NCBI GenBank assembly: GCA_000165425.1
Contig: CT868285.1
Span: 485,929 to 505,928, forward strand
Reading direction: 5' to 3'
DNA from: Paramecium tetraurelia
Taxonomy: Eukaryota
DNA length: 20,000 bases
The notes under the pieces were generated by a model. It saw only the letters and a list, made by a program, of their open reading frames with translations, had not been told where the DNA came from and made no database searches. Shown here piece after piece: positions 10,411 through 20,000 of the stretch. The position numbers and the translations under genes are program-made. Position 1 is the stretch's first letter. Each line of letters begins with the position of its first letter.

Positions 10411-11598
10411 TTTTATTAATATTATAAAATACTTTATAACTTACTGAAAATTTTATGCATAATTGTATAAAATAATGAAAGTATTCACTTATCTATGACC
10501 TACTTGTATTTTTTATAATTATAAACTTCTTGACTAAATCAAAAGTTGATCAAGATTTATTCAATATACTTGTGTATTTCTAATATTTATTAAAATAAAA
10601 AGAAAAAAATTCAAATTTATTACCGGATTTTATAGCTTGGATGGAATTAAAATTAGTTGTGTTAAATAAAAAGAATAAATTACTTAATTATGAAGATGTT
10701 TCGAAATTAATATAATTTTAAATGAAACTAAAAATTATTTTATGATTAAAATGAAAAAATAAATTTTTGAATTATTGGATTAAAGTTTGTTTGTTAATAC
10801 ATTAACTATAAAATTCAGTAATAAATTTTGTTAAATAAAATGACTTGTTATAAACGAAATAAAAATATTAGCAATTGTGGATATTAAATTAAATTAACAT
10901 AATATGAGTTTTATTCATGAATATAAATTGAATTAACTTTGGTATAGATTTCAATAAAATGATAATATACATAGATATATTTATATTCTAAACCAATTTT
11001 ATATTAAGGATGTACTTCCAGATTGCTCATTCTTAATAACACCTATTTATCAATAAAAGTATTAACATCAAGTCTTTTTCAATAATATATTCAAGTAAAA
11101 GCAAGATTAAAATAATAATGATTATAATATTTAAATCATATACAATTGTTTATCTTTTCTAATAATTACAAAATATTTAATATATTGTGAAATAATTATG
11201 ATAAATAATAATAAAATTTATAATTCAGTCATGTATTTGCAAGATAATTAGTTGAATCTCATGGATCTGATTATTCATTTTATTTAAAGAACTTGAGAAT
11301 GCAGACAAATTTTAATTGCTATAAAAAACTTTTCTAGATGGCCCAGCAGATGCTAATGAACGTTATATCATCAGATTTATCCAGATGATGATTCAAAGAA
11401 ATTTGATGGCTACTTTTTTATTACTATAAAATATATTAATTTTGACATATGTACAATAGAATTTTGATTAATATAATATAAAGAGAATATCATCCAATAA
11501 TATTTTTTTTAATATTAATTGAAATTGATCAATAAAACATCTGAAATAATTTTGCAGCAAATTTTGCTATTAATAATTTTATAAAGAAAATTAAATTA

Positions 11599-12810
11599 AT
11601 GTAAAATAAAAGCTAGGCGGAAACAAATTAAAAAGCAATTGAATTAATTCCTGATGGTATCTTTGATCTCTGCGATGAATTCCCAGTTAACGACAAAGAT
11701 ATTAGTTTTGAGGAATATTTTGAGATGAAAAACTATATTATATCTCCAAATTTGAACTATATTGCGATTTTTGTGGTCAGAACAGAAATTGTAGTTGGAA
11801 GCCACTCAAAGGAAGAATATACCGTATTTATTAAGTCATTGATTAAGAATAATTCGGTGTATTATGGACAATATATTGAAGAGGAATTAACAATCAAAGA
11901 TTATTTTTTTTCAGATGATTCTAAATATTTAATATTTCGAAAACCTACAAAAGTGCTGTATATTGACATTTTGGGTTAGTAAAAGACAAAAAAAAAAGAT
12001 ATATCATCATAGCGTTTTCTCTCTAGTGATTCNNNNNNNNNNNNNNNNNNNNNNNNNNNNNNNNNNNNNNNNNNNNNNNNNNNNNNNNNNNNNNNNNNNN
12101 NNNNNNNNNNNNNNNNNNNNNNNNNNNNNNNNNNNNNNNNNNNNNNNNNNNNNNNNNNNNNNNNNNNNNNNNNNNNNNNNNNNNNNNNNNNNNNNNNNNN
12201 NNNNNNNNNNNNNNNNNATCTATTAATAGATAACACAACTATTCTAACTATTCAGGCTGAAACTGATTTTTAATAAATTACTAAATTTTAATATGAAATA
12301 TTATTTTACTAGAAGTTATTTACTAGTTTTGCAATCGCAGAATCAAATAATTAAACTTATATTATTTGTACAAAAAACTAGAAAATACTAATTAGGTGGC
12401 AACATAATACGCCTTGTAAAAGATATTTTTAGAAATCAATTATCATAGAAGTTCACTGCTCTGAAGCTAAACTTAGAAATCTTTAAACTGGTAAGTTGAT
12501 TAGGAATTTAAACCCTAAATTTGGATTAAGATAATTTTCTTAAGATCAGACATCAATCTATTTATTCTAAATTGTTAAAACACATCTAAAAATCAAGAAC
12601 AAAGGGAAAAAAGTACACAATACTTTTTCTAGATTTGATATTTTGAGGGGAGTTTATAAAAAACTAAACATCAACATAGATCCTTTTAACAATTTATAAA
12701 CCTTAAACAATGATTTTTATATAGATTATGAAGATTTAGAAGAAGTTGATATTGATGAAGAAAAAATTAAGAAATTGAGATACTTCCGTATCTCCTATTT
12801 AACTTAATGA
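11599..12810 (+). CDS. Hypothetical divergent WD40/beta-propeller-like protein spanning an assembly gap
   Basis: ATG at 11599 and TGA at 12808-12810. The same frame is open on both sides of the N run. Blade-like segments: IISPNLNYIAIF, FFSDDSKYLIF, LRNLQTGKLIRNL, FSQDQTSIYLF. Confidence 0.65.
12033..12217. other. Assembly gap (185 N)
   Basis: Run of N bases, seen directly. Confidence 1.
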
Positions 12811-12909
12811 ATGGAATAATTAAAGAATTTGATTTAAATATTCAGTTAATTATAAAGATAATCTAGATATTACATTATTATTTTTTTTTATTATTTACAT
12901 GACTTAATC

Positions 12910-13530
12910 ATTAACTTGTATGAATGGTCTTCTTTACAGTAAGTTCCACACTCTCTTTGCATTAATTGATCAGCGCGTCCTTCCATTTTTTAAAGAGTCT
13001 CTTACAAAAATTAACAAATTGCAATATTGAATCCATAATGAAGTATTCTATTCCCATAAAACTTTTTTTCCAGAATTAACTTTGTAAATTCATTCAGTGC
13101 TATATTCCTATCCTCATCATCCTTTATAAAACAAATCCAAACTCTCATCTCCACCATGATCCATGCGCGATGTCATCATCTTTTTCATTTACATTCTCAC
13201 CAGTGTTTATCTACACTCCTTAACTTCAATAGACCAGGTTATTCCATATCCAGCCACAGCCACAAATTCATCCTAAAGATCAAATATATCAGATTTATTT
13301 TTAAATTTCTCTACAACTTTCCTTCTATTTTACTTCTCATATTCATACTTTCCGCTATTTGTTCTTCTTATCTACTCCAAGCCATTCTCTTCTTCTTTAA
13401 CTAAACTACTTCTCACTTTTCCTTGAATATATTATCATACCTATGTTATCCGCTGTCCCAAAACTAGAAGAACATTTCTTAGCCTTAGTAACAATTTGAT
13501 AATTAGCGTTCTCCTGATTGTTTGAATACA
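12910..13530 (-). pseudogene. Decayed gene, probably a MORN-repeat protein remnant
   Basis: Purine-rich, coding-like minus strand with TGA in all frames. Fragments from different frames (MEQPGLLKLRSVDK / TGENVNEK / HG..DESLD / IYK..LEKKFYGNRILHYG / GTYCKEDHSYK) fall in the order expected of YxGxW/FxxxKxHGxG..DGS MORN repeats. Confidence 0.4.
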
Positions 13531-13719
13531 GAATTAATTAGTGTGTTGATGTAAAACTCAAGCTAATATGAAATTTTATATCCCTTTTCCTCTTAAAATT
13601 TGTATGCTATTTTTAACAATATATAGATTAAAAAGTTAATGAATAATTTAATAATTCTAAAACAGAAAAATCAATAAATTAAAATATTAAGCTTTAAAGT
13701 GTATTTTATTTATTCTCAC

Positions 13720-14520
13720 TTTTTTTATTTTTTTTGCATTTTCATAAACCAAAAGATATATAGGTATAGCATCATATTTACAGTATTTGGATGAAAAAAT
13801 GAGATGCTGTTTTTTAAAAATACTGTCGGAATTCTCAATTCTAAGATTCAAAGTTTCGAACTAAATATAGCAATATTTCAATCATCCAATATAATTCCTT
13901 TATTAGATAAAAATTTACTTGTTTTTTCGTAATGATAATTTTAAATGAAGTTTTGAATATCCTACATACAATAGCTAGCTTGACAACATTAATATATCTT
14001 TTATTACATTCTAAGAATTGTGTCCATAAAAAATAGTATCATTTAAAAAAAAATAAAACACATCCTTTTCTTCACAGTCACTTCAATCCTTGTTTGATTA
14101 TTAAAGGTGCTCTTAATATAAACTGTTCGATCAACTTCTAAGAACAATCCACTCTAATTTAGATTCTGTACATCAGATTGCAATATCCATATCCTTTCAC
14201 TTTCTTATATAGTCAATATGTTAGTAGTCTTTATAAAAATGTTCTACCAAAGACTATTCTTCCTTATCTTCTTTTATCAAATGAAGAATGTGTTAACTCA
14301 TATCCTAATTAAGAGTTCGTAAGTTGAGTTTCATCCTAATTCTTTCGATAGGGGTGATCTTGAATGCAAATTTTCCAAGTTCAAATTTGAAATTTAATCT
14401 AAATCATATTTTTTGTATTTCATTTTCTGATCAACTTAAATGCATTTGTTAAATTTGTCTTCTATAAATTTTTTTAAGATAGAGCGACTTTTAAATATTA
14501 ACCTTATGATCCAAACATTT
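13720..14520 (-). pseudogene. Degenerate coding-like sequence of unknown family
   Basis: Coding-like composition on the minus strand, with peptide-like stretches (e.g. IQDHPYRKNQDETQL, KYDAIPIYLLVYE) scattered across frames and broken by TGA. I could not find plausible introns that restore a single frame. Confidence 0.25.
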
Positions 14521-14994
14521 GTTATAAATTAAAATTAAAAAAAATTCTACATTAGATTACTAATCTAAATTTAAAAAATAAAATACCCATAAGAAATATA
14601 CTCCAAATATAATAAAGCATTCAATATTAGCATAAAACTTATACAAATTTTAATATCCATATTATAAATACCTTATTCTTCTAGTCGATTACAGTTGTTA
14701 TAAAGAATTATCAACAATAAAGAAAGATTTGAAATGCTCCGCAAACTTCCACAACAAAAAAATTTGAATATTGAAAAATATATATTTTATGAAGGAGAGC
14801 TAGAAAATATTTATAATGAGAATAAAATTATATCTTGGCCTTTATAGAGTAATCGAATTTAGGAAGTAGACAATTATGAGTTATAGAATGCAGTATATTT
14901 TATTTACCTCTATAAAAAGTATATATATTATAATCATCAATAAACCATTTAATAACTCCATTATTACAACTATCAAATGAAATTTCAATTATGA
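14506..14994 (+). other. 162-codon ciliate-code ORF; small gene, remnant or chance ORF
   Basis: ATG at 14506 to TGA at 14992-14994. The middle part (KERFEMLRKLPQQKNLNIEKYIFYEGELENIYNENKIISWPL) looks protein-like, but the ends are low-complexity AT-rich sequence. Confidence 0.25.
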
Positions 14995-15097
14995 GAATGA
15001 ATCAATTTTTGAAGATTTTAAAAATTCTTCAATAAGTTATATAAAATATAATTGAGATTAAAGAAATTATAAAGTGTTAATAATTTGAATTGATTAT

Positions 15098-18000
15098 TCA
15101 TTTTTTTAATTATTAATCAACCTTATTTTCATAACAAAATTTTTATAATGGATTTTCGTAATATTAAAGAATTTTCATTCTTTCCTAAGTTTATCTTTTT
15201 TTTAAGTGGATATAATACGTTTTTTAGACTGAATCCAAAAGGTCAACAGTTAAAGTAAAGACTAATAAAAAACAAAAGAGTGCTATATGAAACCATCCAT
15301 ATAACATAAATTGATCATGATTTAGTTCCAAACTGTAAACTAAAAATGACCCTGTTATAATTAATAATATCACTTCTCTGCATATTAATTTGGCTATTTC
15401 ATAATTTGATTTTATTGGTTTAACTAGGATCAAGTAGTGTAAATAAAAAAATGATTGCATCGAAAGTAAAACTGATTAAGCTTAAGGGTATTCTATGAAT
15501 ATAGTTATAATTATAATATAACAAGCAGATCTATAAATTTGGAATGGCTTGAAATTAGCAGCCCAAAATCCAGTTTTTGAATCTTAAAAAAAATATTTCC
15601 ATTTTTATTTATTCTTAATTTCAGTAGTTGTTATGGAAAGCAATCTAACAAAAATTGAAATCAGAAACAATAAACTCCCCAATGCTGCAACACTATTAAT
15701 TATTTCGAAAATTGAATTAAAAGAGTACTCAGGAAATTGTAAAAGTGTACTAAATAATTATTATTGAAGTGTCGAGTAAAATAGTTGAAAAACTCCTGAA
15801 GAGAAATAATAGTTTTTAAGTTTTGAACTTTATAATTGGATTTTTTGCTAGAATATTGAGATTAGTCGTAGAGTTTTAATCTTTTCTTCATTCTTTTTAA
15901 AGTAATATCCTACCCAATCTGATATTTTGCTTGAAGATATTAGACAACAAATAATATAGGTAATTAATGAAGCAAAGTAAGAAAAGTAACATCCTTTCGC
16001 ATTCATTAAATACATCTAATTAATACCATTTGTTTTATTGGACTTTTGCGATTTCTTTTTTAAATATGGGATGGTGCCTCCATTTAGTTAAGTCATAAGT
16101 TCATCAACTCTTAAAATCTCTAAAATAGGTTATAAGGAAATTTTAGTATAAGTTTCTAGAAACTGACTTAAATGAGGAGGAAATTTATATTCCATATATC
16201 TGATATAAGATAAAGACTATAATAAATCTAATAAATTAAAAAATACAACATAGTTTCCAGTTACGAATAGTAAACCTGCAATACTTACTGTAGAATATAC
16301 TATGGCATCATTCATCTTAATAACTTAATTGACTCTATTTTACGTAGCTTTTGATAACACAAAAGGGGTTCCAAGATGTAATTATTTTGAATTACTTTTT
16401 AATTACATATCATAATAATTATAAATAGAGAATTACTGGATGTTGATTTGTAGGATTGGATCAGTGACAGGTTCCAAAAATTAAACAGAAATTTAATACT
16501 TAGGTTGGTTTAATTAAGCGGTAATGTTTATTATTGGAAGTAATGATAATTAATACTAACTTATTGGAGTGATTGTAAATTCTACAATTTGTTCAAAGTA
16601 TTGATAGGATAATAAGTAAACATCTTAAGAGAAACCTAATTCAATAATTTTTGTTTGATTCTAGATTTCTGACAGTAGGATTAATTCAAGATTTGGTTGT
16701 TAAACAAAATTACAAATACTGAACGAATTGTTCTAATTGATGCATTTATAGGAATCTTCTTCAAAACATAAAGCTGAACATCCATCACCTCCTTCATTAT
16801 TTCCATCATCACACTATTCAAAAAGACTATTAAGTATTCCATTACCACATAAATTAACACATTGATAATTGATAAATTCTTAATTCTCATTACATGAAAT
16901 AATTACTAAATCATTATTATTCTCCTCCTCCTTAGGCTCTAAATCACTATTGGGTTATTTTGCTTAACATATGTAAGTATGAGTATCTAAAATGTAATTT
17001 AATTCATCGCATTATACACATTTATTGTCCTTCTAACATTTTATACATCCGAAGGAACATTTGAATTGACAATCATAACAACCATCATATGGAATATCGT
17101 TTCCATCATCGCATTATTCAAAGGGTGGGGTAATAATATTGTCTCCGCAGATTGATAAGCATTTCCCATTCTTCATTTAGAAAGGATGCTTACATATCTC
17201 ACAATTTTGAAACTAATTACAAATTAGGCAATCATTATCACATTAATAATTGCAATCAGTACAATTTGGATCTTCGGGATCATCGCATTATTCATTAGAA
17301 AAGATTGCTAATTACCCGTCTCCACAGATTTATTTACATTAATAATCTTGAAGTTGCCAACCATTTTGACAATTATAGCATTTATTTTCAGAACAAAATA
17401 AACACTCTATTTGACAACTTTTTAAGCATTTGTAACAGCCATCAAATTGGATTCTATTCCCATCATCGCAAACTTCTTCTTATATTAATATTCCATCCTA
17501 GCATTTAGGAATGCATTTTGTTTTATGAAAATTGAATTCATACTCTGCATGGCATTCCAAACATTTCCCAAATTACTCGACCTTACAATTATCCAAATAA
17601 TCAAATTTAGAATTGTTATATTGTTATTCAAGGATTCTAATATTCAAATTTAATAGGGATTTCTATTATTAAAAATAAAATCTTTCAAATTTATCATCAA
17701 ATTAGTCTTATCGACATTAATATCCTTCCAAAATTATAAAATCATGATAATCTTGGTTTTCTTAGTAATGAGTTTTTTCTAACTCATCACAGATAAATTA
17801 GCATCTACCTTCTAAAATCTGATGTTAATTTTGACAACCCAAACATTTTCCAAATTAGCAATATCTACAGTTAGATGGACAAGAATATTTGCATTTATGG
17901 CATCCATCATAAGCAACTAAATTACCATCATCACATTCTTCATCTTGAGTAATAAGAGTATCTCCACAAATAGGGATACATGATTGTGATGACTCTTCAA

Positions 18001-19203
18001 ACTCCCATCCAACTAAACAATCTTAGCAAATTCCTTTAATACATAATCCACAACCTTCAACGCAATCGTAAATATTTGAAAAGCACCCATCAAAAGGGAC
18101 AATATTCCAATCATAACATTCAACAGACCCTTTTTTAACGAATAATTAAAAATCTCTCAACCCAATATATGTTGAAAAACTAGGCGACTGATGATATTGC
18201 TTCAAATCAACAGATATTGTAATTTCTAAACTTCTACTAAAATGTTAATATTATAATAGATTAATTTCCTGAATTTAAATGTATCCACATATTTAACCAT
18301 TGAATATTAATTATTTCTAAATATAATTAGTTGTAGTTACTAAAATATCGTCTACACTAATATAAATTTTAGTTGAATCAGAATTAAATATTAATAACTT
18401 TGCTTAAAAACTTATCATTTCATGTTGACCTAAATTAAAAACATTGTGCAATTTACCTCCAGATGTTTTGAGGTAATTAAATCCTAAAAAAATTATTATA
18501 TACATACCATAGCATTCTCCAATTTCATTTACTCCAACAAATCCAGATTACCATCCTTCTTCTGTTTTCACAACAGAGAATGTTTTTTCATTAAATAATG
18601 TCAAAAATAACTCTTAATTAAAACATTCCTATGAATTACAATAATTGCATCCATTTAAGCATTCATTAATTGATAATTTAAATTCTGCTACTCCCCAATG
18701 ATTATTTTCAGCGATCATTGAGATTGTGATAGAAGGACTTGAATGCTAAAGAGTAATAGTAATAAGGAAAAAAAGGTAACTTGAATTACAATTGTATTAT
18801 ACACCTGAATTATTAGAGTTATCATAATTCTATTAGTGGTAGATTTTATCATCTACATAAACAATCAATTGACGTGGCATGTTATTATTTAATCTATTAA
18901 GAAATGAGTATATTAGTACCTCAAAAGCTTGAATTCTAATTTTACTTCATAATGAGGCTATAGCTGTAAAGTATTATAAATCAAAAATTGATATGAATCC
19001 TAGTCAATAATTAATTCTGTATAATTGCTACAATTTTACTAATTGATATTATTATTCGAATTGCCTATCATATAATAATTCCAATCTTATAAAATAGTTG
19101 ATTATGTGCAATTTTATATTAGGCTTAACATTAAGAGAATAGATGCGATATTTAATAGATTGGATTATGATGTAAAGGAGTGGGTTTTTAGATCTTCTAC
19201 CAT
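15098..19203 (-). CDS. Cys-rich cell-surface multi-pass membrane protein (~1351 aa) with Myxococcus-type CGDG..ECDDGN..DGC repeats; introns at 18894-18919 and 18484-18507
   Basis: The spliced frame is 1352 codons. It has a signal-like N-terminus (NIASILLMLSLIQNC) and five CGD/NG..EQCDDGN..DGC-type repeats interleaved with furin-like CxxC repeats. These are followed by a beta-rich linker and a hydrophobic C-terminal region beginning FFNLLDLLQSLSYIRYMEYKFPPHLSQFL. TGA at 15098-15100. Confidence 0.9.
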
Positions 19204-20000
19204 AATATTTTAGAGAGAGGATATACTACGGTATATTAATAATAAACTTAAAATAATTTTCACAAAAATTCAGATAAATATATAACCAGAAATTATGTAA
19301 ATTGAAAATTAGAAATTATTGAATCATTTAAGCATATTCATTACTTATAATATAAATTCAAATCAGCAGATTTAATTTATTAGACATAATTAAGTGCTAG
19401 AATTTATATCGTTAATTTGGGTAGAGTTTTTGCATCAAGAGCCTAGCAATTTTAGGGTTATTGTCTTGATAAGTTGAATTTCATCAACTGCTTCTTATGC
19501 AAATAAGATTAATTTTAAGATTTAAGTTTTTTCTCTCTTCTTTTCAAATTATTAAAATTATTATTCAAAACGAATAAGAAATAATTAGATATATTAAACT
19601 CTATAATGCTAATTCTGTCATTCCAAATCTTTCCTAAGAAGTAACTATCTTAAACACTTCGAATGTAATCAAACGAATAAAATAATAGAGTGCTTACAAC
19701 TTTAAGAAATATCCTCAAATAAATCAATTAACTTGATCTTAGATTTCAAAATTAATTTTTTTATTATAAACAATTTTTGTTCACTCATTTATTACAATTA
19801 AAATTGCAAACAATTAATGTAAACATAATGCATAGTAGAAGAACTTTCAAAATTTAATCAATCAATATATATCTGATATCATTTTAGTAGAATTATATTT
19901 TCTAATCGATTGGGATAATACTAATAAGACAATATATTGAGAAGCCTAATTTTATAATAAATATTCATCAAACTCATTTTGAATGCTTGGTAGATGGGAA

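Noticed and set aside
11231..11520. Slightly GC-richer patch with an ATG at 11231
   Set aside because: The ATG frame stops after about 21 codons and no family is recognisable; at most a remnant.
11963..12238. Three ORFs made mostly of X
   Set aside because: Artefacts of the N gap.
13156..13404. ORF-track + strand 82-aa hydrophobic ORF
   Set aside because: Pyrimidine-rich antisense of the purine-rich decayed minus-strand gene.
16681..17508. ORF-track ORFs at 16681-16890 and 17305-17508
   Set aside because: Out-of-frame or antisense readings within the Cys-rich membrane protein gene.
19300..20000. Possible gene at the right edge
   Set aside because: Only short peptide-like patches broken by TGA; no supportable gene model.
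1..20000. CRISPR arrays, transposons, retained IESs, telomeric repeats, tRNA/rRNA and selenoprotein recoding
   Set aside because: I saw no repeat-spacer array, terminal inverted repeats, C4A2/C3A3 tracts or structured RNA. The intact genes have no unexplained insertions or internal TGA. The frequent in-frame TAA/TAG codons reflect the known ciliate code, not a novelty.

Overview
This is very AT-rich ciliate macronuclear-type DNA, almost certainly Paramecium. Long reading frames appear only when TAA/TAG are read as Gln and TGA is the sole stop, and genes are interrupted by 23-29 nt GT..AG introns. The supplied standard-code ORF track is therefore mostly fragments or artefacts. The left half (1-10410) is very gene-dense: a 5'-truncated LRR protein, a group I truncated (2/2) hemoglobin, two hypothetical proteins, an MBOAT lysophospholipid acyltransferase, a Cu/Zn superoxide dismutase with an N-terminal extension, and a ~1200-aa LRR protein with an uncharacterised C-terminal module. 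The right half is looser: a beta-propeller-like gene spanning a 185-N assembly gap, stretches of decayed coding-like DNA (one resembling a MORN-repeat pseudogene), and a ~1350-aa Cys-rich multi-pass membrane protein. The most notable oddities are (1) the globin ATG lies only 15 nt after, and in frame with, the upstream LRR gene's TGA; (2) the globin has an HbN-like distal pocket; (3) globin, SOD and lipid-remodelling genes sit close together; (4) several introns are 3n and stop-free. All translations and alignments were done by hand and from memory; no database searches were run.
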